Positions 1-9,704 of a stretch of 20,000 nucleotides of DNA are shown here, piece after piece; the stretch's first letter is position 1; each line of letters begins with the position of its first letter. A model generated the notes under the pieces. It was not told the DNA's origin. It was given only the letters and a program-made list of their open reading frames with translations, and did no database searches. Both the position numbers and the translations under genes were made by a program. The DNA is taken from sequence record DRR723986_5317; one strand, given 5' to 3'.

Positions 1-426
1 CCTGTGCAAAAAGAGGAAGGGCAAAAGTATTTTTTCACAATGCTACCTGGAACATTTTCTGATTTTTATGATGGAGAAAACATTGATACATTGGAGTATG
101 CCACACGTACAAAAATTAAATCTGAATACGGCAATGTCAGAGTTAATCTAAGAAATGCAAAGTTTCCATTAATTGTTCAATTGGTCAATCAGAACGGTGA
201 TGTTTTATATGAAAAATACACTACCGAATCTCCAGTGGTAGACTTTACCCTTATATCACCAAGAATGTATGGCCTCCGTGTAATTTTTGATAGTAACGGT
301 AATGGAAAATACGATACTGGGAATTATTTATTAGGCATACAACCAGAACGTGTTAGTTATTCACCTCCAATAGATGAAATCCGATCAAATTTTGATCAAA
401 TAGTAGAGTTTATTCTTTTAGACTAA
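1..426 (+). CDS. C-terminal fragment of a Bacteroidota Ig-like (Big_5-type) domain protein; 5' end lies outside the window
   Basis: Frame is open from base 1 to TAA at 424-426. The C-terminal 'YGLRVIFDSNGNGKYDTGNYLLGIQPERV' resembles the conserved tail of this family. Confidence 0.6.
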   Translation, partial: PVQKEEGQKYFFTMLPGTFSDFYDGENIDTLEYATRTKIKSEYGNVRVNLRNAKFPLIVQLVNQNGDVLYEKYTTESPVVDFTLISPRMYGLRVIFDSNGNGKYDTGNYLLGIQPERVSYSPPIDEIRSNFDQIVEFILLD

Positions 427-1192
427 AGTCATCCTTATCATCTAAAAAGCGTAACTTATTTCTATACTTTTTTATATGATCTTTTTCTAAGGTGATAATT
501 TCTGTCATTTCTTTATTAGGAACAGAATTATCAATTCTGTTACCAAAGACATCGTATACTCCTGAGTGCCCTGGATATTCATAATTTGAACCATCTAAGC
601 CAATTCTATTAACACCAATACAATAAGACATATTTTCTATAGCGCGAGCTTTAAGCAATGCATCCCAGGCACTAATTCTCGGTTTTGGCCAATTTGCAAC
701 ATAAAACAATAAATCATAATCTTCTGTATTTCTTGCCCAAACAGGAAATCTCAAATCGTAGCAAATAAGTGGACAGATTTTCCAATCCTTATATTCTAAA
801 GTAATTTTATGTTTACCTGCGGTATATACCTTATGTTCTCCAGCTAAAGTAAAGGTATGTCGCTTATCATATTGGGTGATTTTCCCAGATGATTCAACAA
901 ATACGAGTCGGTTATAATAATTGCCATTTTCTTCAATAACTAAACTCCCAGTAATGGCGCATTGTTTTTTTTGCGCATGCGCTTTTAACCAAGAAATAGT
1001 TATGCCATTCATGGTCTCTGCAACCGCCGTAGCATTCATTGTAAAACCAGAGGTAAACATCTCAGGTAAAATAATAAGATCAACACTTGTTTTAATAGCA
1101 TTGATCTTATCATCTAATTGTAGTCTATTTTCTTCTGGATTTTCCCAGATTAAATTTGTTTGTATTACAGCAACTGTTAGGGAATTGGCCAT
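410..1192 (-). CDS. yafV: Nitrilase-family amidohydrolase (omega-amidase, YafV-like)
   Basis: Glu-Lys-Cys triad contexts LPEMF, YDKRH and ICYDLRFP, plus ANWP and ARAIEN. Start moved to ATG 1192 (MANSLTVAV), 2 nt after the stop of the reconstructed upstream gene. Confidence 0.85.
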   Translation of the reverse strand: MANSLTVAVIQTNLIWENPEENRLQLDDKINAIKTSVDLIILPEMFTSGFTMNATAVAETMNGITISWLKAHAQKKQCAITGSLVIEENGNYYNRLVFVESSGKITQYDKRHTFTLAGEHKVYTAGKHKITLEYKDWKICPLICYDLRFPVWARNTEDYDLLFYVANWPKPRISAWDALLKARAIENMSYCIGVNRIGLDGSNYEYPGHSGVYDVFGNRIDNSVPNKEMTEIITLEKDHIKKYRNKLRFLDDKDDFSLKE

Positions 1193-1194
1193 TA

Positions 1195-1546
1195 TTATCT
1201 TCGTTTTACTCTCTTTTGAGCTGTTTCTAATTTTTCGGTTAGTTTTTCGATTTTTTCTAACCATTTACCTTCATCTACGGGGGATAACTTTCCTTTCTTT
1301 TTTAAACGCTCATGTTTTTTTTGCGCTTTTTCAGCTTTTTCCTGCATTTTCATTTTTTTTTGAAATTGCAGTAGCTTTAGTTAAAATGACTTCTTTTTCT
1401 TCTGCACTTAGCGATGCGGTAACATCTTCACCGTTAAGAAAAACTTTTTCTTTTTTTACTTCATAAACCTTTCCATCTTTTTCCACTTTTTGAGCAAAAG
1501 AGGATAACGAAAATGTGAATAATAAGAGTAAAATATAATATTTCAT
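1195..1546 (-). pseudogene. Small exported Lys/Glu-rich hypothetical protein, frameshifted at an A9 tract (real lesion or sequencing error)
   Basis: Signal peptide MKYYILLLLFTFSLSSFA-Q from ATG 1546. Removing one base from T9 at 1353-1361 gives a 116-aa ORF ending ...KMKMQEKAEKAQKKHERLKKKGKLSPVDEGKWLEKIEKLTEKLETAQKRVKRR with TAA at 1195-1197. Confidence 0.75.
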
Positions 1547-1598
1547 AATGTTTAATTTTGAGTTCAATTGTTGGACACAGAAAAGTACAAAAAGTAAC

Positions 1599-2741
1599 TT
1601 ATATAGTACATAATATTTCGGCTGCTTTAATTAAGGTTTCTTCTTTTTTTGCAAAACAGAATCGTAATACCTTATCGTCTTTACCATTTTCATTAAAAAC
1701 AGAAAGAGGAATAGAGGCAATTTTATAATCTTTGGTTAATCGTTTTGCAAAGTCAACATCATATTCATCTGTAATATTAGAATAATCTAACACCTGAAAA
1801 TAGGTGCCTTTAGATGGAGTAAATTCAAATTTAGAATCGGCAATAAGATTTAAAAATAAATCGCGTTTATGCTGAAAAAATTCATCTAGTTCAAGATAAG
1901 TTTTTGGTTCTTGCATATAATCTGCTATGCCTTTTTGCGCTGGATGATTGACAGAAAACACATTAAATTGGTGCACTTTTCTAAATTCAGTCATGAGTTC
2001 TTCAGGTGCACAACAGTAACCAATTTTCCAGCCAGTATTATGAAAAGTCTTTCCAAATGAAGCAGTTATAAAACTGCGTTTTTTTAAATCATTAAATAGG
2101 CAAACGCTGTGGTGTTGTTCGTTGTCAAACACAATATGTTCATAAACTTCATCACTCAATACGATTATATCAGTATTTTCAGTAAGCCTTTGAAGTTCTA
2201 GTATGTCATTACTAGACCACACTGTTCCACTTGGGTTATGTGGGGAATTGATAATTATCATTTTCGTTTTACTATTAATTTTAGTAGCAACGTCTTCCCA
2301 ATCAATATTGTAGTTCGGTGCAGATAATTGTATTGGTACACAATTGCCACCATTAATTTCAACGGCTGGTTGATAACAGTCATAGGCAGGTTTGAAAATA
2401 ATGACTTCATCAGTAGGTCTTATAAATGCAGAAACAATTGTGTAAATAGCTTGAGTTGCTCCTGCTGTAACTGTAATTTCTTTTTCAGGATGATAAGTAG
2501 AATTATAAAGAAGTTGGTATTTATTGGTAATTACCAATCTTAAATCTAAATTACCTGCCATAGGAGCATATTGATTATAACCATTATTCATGGCATTACT
2601 TAATAAGTCATTCAACTTTTGAGAGCTCGGATAATTAGGGAATCCTTGAGACAGATTAAGCGCATTATGTTCTTTCGCCAAGGCACTCATTACAGTGAAA
2701 ATAGTTGTGCCAACATTAGGTAGTTTAGAATTAAAATTCAT
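1599..2741 (-). CDS. ybdL: PLP-dependent methionine aminotransferase (YbdL-like, class I/II)
   Basis: SKLPNVGTTIFTVMS, NLSQGFP, NSPHNPSG, SDEVYEH and the PLP-lysine motif SFGKTFHNTGWKIGY. Start moved to ATG 2741. Confidence 0.88.
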   Translation of the reverse strand: MNFNSKLPNVGTTIFTVMSALAKEHNALNLSQGFPNYPSSQKLNDLLSNAMNNGYNQYAPMAGNLDLRLVITNKYQLLYNSTYHPEKEITVTAGATQAIYTIVSAFIRPTDEVIIFKPAYDCYQPAVEINGGNCVPIQLSAPNYNIDWEDVATKINSKTKMIIINSPHNPSGTVWSSNDILELQRLTENTDIIVLSDEVYEHIVFDNEQHHSVCLFNDLKKRSFITASFGKTFHNTGWKIGYCCAPEELMTEFRKVHQFNVFSVNHPAQKGIADYMQEPKTYLELDEFFQHKRDLFLNLIADSKFEFTPSKGTYFQVLDYSNITDEYDVDFAKRLTKDYKIASIPLSVFNENGKDDKVLRFCFAKKEETLIKAAEILCTI

Positions 2742-2770
2742 GCAATAAATGGCTTTTAGTGTAATTTCTT

Positions 2771-2801
2771 TAAAGATATAAAACAAGCTTTTTTATCTTT
2801 A
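2771..2801. promoter_or_regulatory. Divergent near-consensus Bacteroidota -7 elements for ybdL (minus) and the S46 peptidase (plus)
   Basis: TATCTTTA on minus at 2771-2778 and on plus at 2794-2801, each one mismatch from TAnnTTTG. Confidence 0.45.
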
Positions 2802-2823
2802 CGAAAACACAAAAAAAATAATT

Positions 2824-4914
2824 ATGCGATTCATTAAAATACTATTCTTTTTTATCGTTTTTCAGATTTCTGCACAACAGGGAGGTATGTGGATTCCTTC
2901 TCTTTTAGAAGGTATGAACGAAAAAGAAATGCAAAATTTAGGAAGTAAATTAACCGCTAAGGATATTTACGATGTCAATAATTCTAGTTTAAAAGATGCT
3001 ATAGGTCATTTTAATGGTGGTTGTACAAGTGAAGTTATTTCTCCCAAAGGATTGTTATTAACAAACCATCATTGTGGTTTCAGTCAGATTCAATCTCACT
3101 CTTCGTTAGAAAATGATTATTTAAAAGACGGTTTTTGGGCTATGTCATTTGAGGAAGAAATACCAAATGAAGGATTATTTGTTGAATTTATTGTTAGAAT
3201 AGAAGATGTAACTTCGGCTATGCTACAAGGCGTTAATGATGTTATGACACCGCGCGAAAAGCAATCTCAAATTGATAAAAACCGAAATAGAGTTGAAAAA
3301 AACGTGAAGAAAGAAGCTTGGCAAGGCATAAAGATTACACCATTTTATAAAGGGAATCAATATTTCTTATTTGTGACAGAAAGATTTGAAGATGTGCGTT
3401 TGGTAGGTGCTCCACCAAGTAGCATTGGTAAATTTGGTAGTGATACTGATAATTGGGTATGGCCAAGACATACAGGTGATTTTTCAATTTTTAGAATCTA
3501 TGCAGATAAAAATAACAGACCGGCAAAGTACAGCAAGGATAACGTGCCTTATAAGCCAAAACATTTCTTACCTCTTTCATTAGACGGTATTGAGGAAGGT
3601 GATTTTACAATGGTTTTTGGTTTTCCTGGACGTACCAACGAGTACTTACCTGCTGTAGCTGTAGAGCAAATCACTAAGAAAGTGAATCCTGCTAAGATTG
3701 CTATTAGAGAAGCGGCATTAAAAGTTATAGATGCTAATATGAAAACTAATGACCAGATTAGAATTCAATATGCTTCAAAGCAAGCACGTATTGCGAACTC
3801 TTGGAAAAAGTGGATAGGTGAGAATTTAGGTATAGAAAAAAGTGGCGCAATAAAGATTAAACAAGATTTTGAAAGTGAGTTTAAAAATGCTTTAAAAGCC
3901 TAAGGTAAAGAAGAGGTTTATGGTAACTTATTAACTGACTTTAATAAACTTTATAATGAATTTGAAGCTGTAAATATTAAGAGAAATCAATTTGTAGAAG
4001 TTTTTCTAAGGACTAATGAACTTATGCAAATGATGTTTCGCTTGGCACAGATGGAAATGTCTGCTCAACGAGGCGAAGAAGCTTTTGAAAAGGCGAGAAC
4101 TTCAATGGTAAATAGACTAAAAGGGATTCACAAAAATTATGATGTAAGTGTAGATAAAGGAGTATTTGAGGCTGTAATGCCAATGTATAAACCCAATAAT
4201 AGTGATGCCTCTATATATGAAACTACCGCATTCACAAAATTAGAAAGTGCACTAAAAATTTTAGAAGGCGACTCAAAAAAGGTTCTAGAAAAGTTAAATG
4301 CAGATACGGCTTACCAATTTGCAAAGCCTATGGTTTTAGAATTTTACATGACTTTAGAGCCAGAATTTCAGAGAATAAACACTCAAATAAATGGCCTGCA
4401 GACTACTTACATGAGAGCACTGATGGAGGTGATGCCAGAAGCGCGTTATTTTCCAGATGCCAATAGTACAATGCGTGTAACCTATGGAAAAGTTAACGGT
4501 TATTCTCCGAGAGATGCTGTGTATTATAATCCTGTAACCTATTTAGATGGTGTTATTGAAAAGTACGTGCCAGGCGATTACGAATTTGATGTGCCACAAA
4601 GATTAATAGATTTATATGAAGCTAAGGATTACGGTCAATATGCTGATAAAAATGGAAAGTTGCCAATTTGTTTTTTAGGCACAAACCACACCACAGGAGG
4701 TAATTCTGGAAGTCCAGCTATTGATGCTCAAGGTAATTTAGTTGGTCTTAATTTTGATCGTGTTTGGGAAGGAACGATGAGTGATATTTATTATGAACCG
4801 GAAATTTGCCGAAACATAATGGTAGATTTACGTTATGTACTCTTTATAATTGATAAATATGCTGGTGCGAAGCATCTAATTGACGAAATGGAATTGGTGC
4901 GTCCTAAACGATAA
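2824..4914 (+). pseudogene. S46-family dipeptidyl peptidase (DPP11-like) interrupted by one in-frame TAA at 3901-3903
   Basis: ORFs 2824-3903 and 4024-4914 share a frame and the 40 intervening codons contain no stop. Signal peptide plus GGMW, catalytic His (TNHHC), DTDNWVWPRHTGDFS, and catalytic Ser (TTGGNSGSP). Confidence 0.88.
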
Positions 4915-4926
4915 TCAATTCGTTGG

Positions 4927-5391
4927 TTAGTTTAAAATATCCTTAATAATCTTTAAATGATGATTTGTATGTAATTCTAAAAATCGAACTACTCTTTTTT
5001 TATTGATATTACCAAATATTGGATGCTTAAAAAATGCATTCTCATCTAAGGTATTTATAGTTTCGATATTAGATTTAGCAAGTTGAATCTGTGATATCAA
5101 ATCATTTTCTAAAATCGTCTCAGGTGGTCTAACATATTTTGGAGCTTTTGCTTTACCTCTAGGAAAAAATCCGAACGCAAAGAAAAATCTCCCTAAAAAA
5201 CTGAAATTGTTTCTATATAAACTTGGGTCTGAAGATTGAAGCGTATTAACCACTCTATTTATTACCTTAAGGCTATGATCTATTTGCCAACCAACTGTAC
5301 TTTTTGATACTTTAAGGTTTTTAACTTGGTGTTTAGCGATATAGTCTTCTAATTGATTTATATTACTAGTAATTCGTTTGCTTTGATTCAT
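4927..5391 (-). CDS. DinB/DUF1569-like helical-bundle protein
   Basis: His motifs VGWQIDHSL, HPIFG and LELHTNHHL. Start moved to ATG 5391 because the longer ORF begins inside the ahcY terminator. Confidence 0.65.
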   Translation of the reverse strand: MNQSKRITSNINQLEDYIAKHQVKNLKVSKSTVGWQIDHSLKVINRVVNTLQSSDPSLYRNNFSFLGRFFFAFGFFPRGKAKAPKYVRPPETILENDLISQIQLAKSNIETINTLDENAFFKHPIFGNINKKRVVRFLELHTNHHLKIIKDILN

Positions 5392-5410
5392 GGTATAAAG
5401 TTGGTTCCTA

Positions 5411-5445
5411 AAATAAAAAATCCCAAACATTTCTGCCTGGGATTT
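5411..5445 (-). terminator. Intrinsic terminator downstream of ahcY
   Basis: Minus strand reads AAATCCCAGGC-AGAAAT-GTTTGGGATTT followed by TTTATTT. Confidence 0.7.
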
Positions 5446-5494
5446 GATGATTAATTGTGATTAATGAGATTCGTCGCTTTCGTTCTGAAAAATA

Positions 5495-6811
5495 TTAATA
5501 ACGATAATGTTCAGGTTTATAAGGTCCTTCCACAGTTACACCTATGTAATCTGCTTGGTAATCCTTAAGCTCTGTTAACTCTACACCAATTTTTTCTAAA
5601 TGTAGTTTTGCTACTTTTTCATCTAAATGTTTTGGTAACATATACACTTCATTATTGTAGTTTTCAGAATTGTTCCAAAGTTCTATCTGGGCTAAAGTCT
5701 GATTTGTAAATGAATTACTCATTACAAAACTTGGGTGACCAGTTGCACAACCTAAATTAACTAAACGCCCTTCAGCTAAAATGATAATGTCTTTACCATC
5801 TATAGTATATTTATCTACTTGAGGTTTAATGGTATTTTTAGTATTGCCATAATTTTCGTTTAACCAAGCCATTTGTATTTCATTATCAAAATGACCTATG
5901 TTACAAACTATGGTTTTATCTTTTATTGCCTTAAAGTGTTCAGCGCGCACTATATCTTTATTTCCTGTAGTTGTAATTACAATATCTGAATTACCAACCA
6001 CTGTTTCTAGTCGCTTCACCTCAAAGCCGTCCATTGCTGCCTGAAGAGCACAAATAGGATCAATTTCCGTAACTGTTACAATACTACCAGCACCTTTAAA
6101 TGAGGCTGCCGTTCCCTTACCAACATCTCCATAACCACAAACAGTTACTCTTTTACCAGCTAACATAACATCTGTTGCTCTTCTAATCGCATCTACAGCA
6201 GATTCTTTACAACCATATTTATTATCAAACTTAGACTTTGTTACGGAATCATTGACATTAATAGCAGGCATAGGTAATGTACCATTTTTAACACGCTCAT
6301 ACAATCTGTGAACACCTGTAGTTGTTTCTTCTGAAAGACCTTTAATGTCTTTCGCTAAATGAGGGTATTTGTCTAAAACCATATTGGTTAAATCTCCACC
6401 ATCATCAAGAATCATATTTAATGGTTGTCTGTCCTCTCCAAAAAATAAGGTTTGTTCAATACACCAATCAAATTCCTCTTCAGTCATATCTTTCCAGGCG
6501 TATACTGCAGTTCCTGCTGCAGCTATTGCCGCAGCTGCTTGATCTTGCGTAGAAAATATATTACAAGAACTCCAAGTAACTTCAGCTCCTAAAGCTTGTA
6601 AAGTCTCAATTAATACAGCAGTTTGTATAGTCATATGTAAACATCCTGCAATACGAGCACCTTTTAGTGGCTGCTCGTCTTTGTATTCTTCTCGAAGACT
6701 CATTAATCCTGGCATTTCTGACTCAGCTAGTTCAATTTCTTTTCTTCCCCATTCTGCGAGGTCAATGTTCTTTACTTTAAAGGGTACGTAAGCAATTGTT
6801 TTAGTACTCAT
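5495..6811 (-). CDS. ahcY: Adenosylhomocysteinase (SAH hydrolase)
   Basis: [36 protein letters not shown], the NAD-binding [26 protein letters not shown] and a C-terminal HYRY. Confidence 0.98.
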   Translation of the reverse strand: MSTKTIAYVPFKVKNIDLAEWGRKEIELAESEMPGLMSLREEYKDEQPLKGARIAGCLHMTIQTAVLIETLQALGAEVTWSSCNIFSTQDQAAAAIAAAGTAVYAWKDMTEEEFDWCIEQTLFFGEDRQPLNMILDDGGDLTNMVLDKYPHLAKDIKGLSEETTTGVHRLYERVKNGTLPMPAINVNDSVTKSKFDNKYGCKESAVDAIRRATDVMLAGKRVTVCGYGDVGKGTAASFKGAGSIVTVTEIDPICALQAAMDGFEVKRLETVVGNSDIVITTTGNKDIVRAEHFKAIKDKTIVCNIGHFDNEIQMAWLNENYGNTKNTIKPQVDKYTIDGKDIIILAEGRLVNLGCATGHPSFVMSNSFTNQTLAQIELWNNSENYNNEVYMLPKHLDEKVAKLHLEKIGVELTELKDYQADYIGVTVEGPYKPEHYRY

Positions 6812-6860
6812 ATTTATTCTTCTTAGTTTTTATATTACAAATGCCATTGGGAATACAATT

Positions 6861-6868
6861 TAAATTTG
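6861..6868 (+). promoter_or_regulatory. Candidate -7 element for the PPTase-to-arfB operon
   Basis: TAAATTTG matches TAnnTTTG, 76 nt before ATG 6945. No clear -33 element. Confidence 0.35.
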
Positions 6869-6913
6869 GTTAAATTCGCTTACCAAAATAAATCAATCTT
6901 GCCTTAGGCGCTG

Positions 6914-6921
6914 CAAAGATA
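6914..6921 (-). promoter_or_regulatory. Bacteroidota -7 promoter element for ahcY
   Basis: Minus strand TATCTTTG(CA) matches TAnnTTTG, about 100 nt upstream of the ahcY ATG. Confidence 0.65.
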
Positions 6922-6944
6922 ATCAATAGGTTTCACAATATTAA

Positions 6945-7574
6945 ATGCCACTGTACAAATCCATTAATGTAAACTCACAAACTGCTGTTAAAATCTGGAG
7001 GATTGAGGAGTCTTATAATGATTTATTAAAACCATTAGATTTAAAACCTAATAGTATTGAGCGTGTTTTAGGTATGAAAAGTGAAATACACCAACGTGGT
7101 TTTTTGAGTGTTCGGCATTTGCTTAGAGAATTTGGATACACGGATAAGGATTTGTTTTATGATAAAAATGGTAAACCTCACCTTAAAGATGGCAAGCATA
7201 TTTCTATTACACATTCTTTTTCGTTTTCTGGAGTGATTGTCAGTGATAAAGAAGTAGGAATTGACATAGAGAAACAACGCGAAAAAATTGCAATCATAGC
7301 TAAGAAGTTTATCGATTATGAATTTAAATATCTCAACACTTCTGCTAAAGATTACATAAGATACTTAACCGTTATTTGGGGAATTAAAGAATCGTTATAT
7401 AAACTTTTTGCAACACCAGGAATGCTGTTTAAAGAGCATTTTTTAGTGATACCTTTTATGCTAAATGATAAAGAAACAGTGGCTTGGATAGACTATAAAA
7501 ATAAAAAGTACAGGTTCAACACCGCCTTCTTAGAATTTGAAGGTTTCACGTGTGCCTATGTTGTCCCAGAATGA
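6945..7574 (+). CDS. 4'-phosphopantetheinyl transferase superfamily protein (Sfp-like)
   Basis: GKPHL, ISITHS, VGIDIE and WGIKESLYK motifs. Confidence 0.9.
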   Translation: MPLYKSINVNSQTAVKIWRIEESYNDLLKPLDLKPNSIERVLGMKSEIHQRGFLSVRHLLREFGYTDKDLFYDKNGKPHLKDGKHISITHSFSFSGVIVSDKEVGIDIEKQREKIAIIAKKFIDYEFKYLNTSAKDYIRYLTVIWGIKESLYKLFATPGMLFKEHFLVIPFMLNDKETVAWIDYKNKKYRFNTAFLEFEGFTCAYVVPE

Positions 7575-8296
7575 ATAATATATACCAGAACATATTAAAA
7601 TCAAGCTCTAAGTCAAAGAAATTATTGGCGGTATTAATTGACCCTGATAAAATGATGGTTGAACATGTATCAGACTTTGTCGCTAAGGTAAATGAATGTA
7701 TTGCTACTCATATTTTCGTAGGTGGAAGTGAAGTAAGTAATGGTGCTACTGAACTTATTGTCGAAGAAATTAAGAAACATACTAATTTACCAGTAATTTT
7801 ATTCCCTGGAGATATTATTCAAATTACAGAAAAAGCAGATGCACTCTTGTTTTTATCTTTAATTTCTGGCCGAAATCCAGATTATTTAATAGGGAAACAA
7901 GTAGAGGCTGCACCACTAATAAATTCATCTAATTTAGAAACTATACCTACAGGATATGTGCTTATTGAAAACGGTAAGCAAACTGCTGTAGAACGTGTAA
8001 GTAATACCCAACCATTAAAGCGAAATAATAAGGTTGCCATATTAAATACGGCCTTAGCAGGTGAGTTTTTAGGTATGAAATTAATTTATCTTGAAGCTGG
8101 TAGTGGAGCAACACATCCAATAGAACCTGAGATTATTGAAAAGGTAAAAAAGGAATTAAACATACCATTAATTGTTGGTGGTGGTATAAGAACAAAAACA
8201 GCATTGGACTCAGCATATGAGGCAGGTGCAGATTTGGTAGTTATTGGTACAGCATTTGAAAATGATGAAAACTTTTTTAATCGACTAAAACGATAA
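7571..8296 (+). CDS. Geranylgeranylglyceryl/heptaprenylglyceryl phosphate synthase (GGGPS/PcrB family)
   Basis: LIDPDK, VGGS, LFPG, SLISGRNP, YLEAGSGA and VGGGIR. Start ATG 7571 overlaps the PPTase stop (ATGA). Confidence 0.92.
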   Translation: MNNIYQNILKSSSKSKKLLAVLIDPDKMMVEHVSDFVAKVNECIATHIFVGGSEVSNGATELIVEEIKKHTNLPVILFPGDIIQITEKADALLFLSLISGRNPDYLIGKQVEAAPLINSSNLETIPTGYVLIENGKQTAVERVSNTQPLKRNNKVAILNTALAGEFLGMKLIYLEAGSGATHPIEPEIIEKVKKELNIPLIVGGGIRTKTALDSAYEAGADLVVIGTAFENDENFFNRLKR

Positions 8297-8297
8297 C

Positions 8298-8558
8298 ATG
8301 AATATATCTGTTGAACTAACATTATCTCCCTTACAAAATGACTACGAAAAGCATATTATTAATTTCATCATAAGTCTGAGAGAGTCTGGATTTACTGTGT
8401 TAGAGAATCCATTAAGCACTCAAATTTATGGCCATTATGATGCCTTAATGCCATTTTTAACAAAAGCAATTAAAACGTCTTTTTTAGACTTAGATATTGC
8501 TGTATTACAAATGAAGGTTGTAAAAACAGACCGAAGCAATTATGAGCCAGATTTTTGA
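8298..8558 (+). CDS. Small thiamine-binding-protein-like (YkoF/MTH1187 ferredoxin-like fold) protein
   Basis: 86 aa with the ISVELTLSPL ... NPLSTQIYG.YD pattern, directly upstream of pnuC. Confidence 0.6.
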   Translation: MNISVELTLSPLQNDYEKHIINFIISLRESGFTVLENPLSTQIYGHYDALMPFLTKAIKTSFLDLDIAVLQMKVVKTDRSNYEPDF

Positions 8559-9174
8559 TTTTTTATTTGGGCAATATTCAGACTATCAGACTATAGATAT
8601 TGTATTAGAGATTGTAGCTGTAGTTTTTGGGTTTTTATCAGTTTGGTTCTCTAAGCAGAATAATATTTGGGTTTTTCCAACAGGTATGATAAGCACTGCA
8701 ATATTTGTTTATTTGCTATTAAAATGGGAATTGTTAGGTGACATGATGATTAATGGTTACTATTTTGCAATGAGCGTTTATGGTTGGTATATATGGACAA
8801 GAAAAATTGACGCAACACATGTAACTCCAATATCAAAAACTTCAAAAAAAGAAAAATTAATAAGTATTACTATCTTCTTTGCAACACTTTTATTCGTTTT
8901 TACAGTTTATAAAACATTTGACAAATGGACAAGTTGGGTAGCATATGTAGACACAATCACAACAGCTATTTTCTTTGTTGGTATGTGGCTTATGGCTAGA
9001 AGAAAAATTGAAAACTGGATTTTTTGGATTATAGGTGATGTCATATCTGTACCTTTGTATTTGTATAAAGGGTTTACTTTTACAAGTTTTCAATATTTAG
9101 GATTTACAGTTATTGCCATATTTGGATATTTAGCATGGAAGAAGCACTTAAACAACAACCTTCAATCTGCATAA
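8542..9174 (+). CDS. pnuC: PnuC-family vitamin/nucleoside transporter (nicotinamide riboside or thiamine)
   Basis: Multi-pass membrane protein with YGWYIW, DTITT, ARRKIENWIFWIIGD and GYLAWKK. Confidence 0.88.
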   Translation: MSQIFDFLFGQYSDYQTIDIVLEIVAVVFGFLSVWFSKQNNIWVFPTGMISTAIFVYLLLKWELLGDMMINGYYFAMSVYGWYIWTRKIDATHVTPISKTSKKEKLISITIFFATLLFVFTVYKTFDKWTSWVAYVDTITTAIFFVGMWLMARRKIENWIFWIIGDVISVPLYLYKGFTFTSFQYLGFTVIAIFGYLAWKKHLNNNLQSA

Positions 9175-9704
9175 AAGTAGTGTTATTTGGTCCGGAATCT
9201 ACTGGTAAAACAACGCTATCAAGACAATTAGCAAGGTATTATAATTCGGTTTGGGTACCAGAATATGCGCGTGAGTATCTTCAAAATAAATGGGATAATG
9301 AGCGAAAAACCTGTGAACCTAAAGATTTGCTGCCTATTGCAATAGGGCAAATGAAATTAGAGAATGATTTAGCGCAAAAAACGGATACAGTGTTAATTTG
9401 TGATACAGACTTATTAGAGACAAAGGTTTACAGTGAAGCTTATTACGATGGCAGTTGCGATCCATTACTAGATAAATATGCAAATGAAAACACTTACGAT
9501 TTATATTTTTTAACATATATTGATACGCCTTGGGAAGCAGATGACCTCAGAGATAGACCAAAAGAAAGAGAGCGTATGTTTAAGGCTTTTAATGATGCTT
9601 TAATTGACCATTCTAAACCATTTGTGCTACTTAAAGGGAATAAGGAAGAACGCTTAGCTTTAGCTACAAAACATATTGATAAATTACTAGAACAGCGTAA
9701 ATGA
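9135..9704 (+). CDS. NadR-like P-loop kinase (ribosylnicotinamide-kinase-like, AAA_28), stand-alone domain
   Basis: Walker A GPESTGKTT, VPEYAREY, CDTD and PWEADDLRD. No N-terminal HTH or NMN adenylyltransferase domain. Confidence 0.85.
   Translation: MEEALKQQPSICIKVVLFGPESTGKTTLSRQLARYYNSVWVPEYAREYLQNKWDNERKTCEPKDLLPIAIGQMKLENDLAQKTDTVLICDTDLLETKVYSEAYYDGSCDPLLDKYANENTYDLYFLTYIDTPWEADDLRDRPKERERMFKAFNDALIDHSKPFVLLKGNKEERLALATKHIDKLLEQRK

Noticed and set aside
1193-1264. Basic N-terminal extension of the amidase ORF (MVRKNRK...)
   Set aside because: An alternative frame of the upstream gene's 3' end. ATG 1192 fits the nitrilase domain start.
921-1466. 181-aa plus-strand ORF rich in Phe/Leu/Ser, superficially membrane-like
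   Set aside because: Antisense shadow of the Lys/Glu-rich minus-strand genes (amidase and the frameshifted protein). No family motif.
3901-3903. Stop-codon reassignment or programmed readthrough of TAA
   Set aside because: TAA terminates many intact genes here (greA, arfB, HIT, aat), and it is a single event.
6901-6920. GGCGCTGCAA resembling the SAH riboswitch core next to ahcY
   Set aside because: It lies on the strand opposite to ahcY transcription and is explained as the reverse complement of the TATCTTTGCAGCGCC promoter region.
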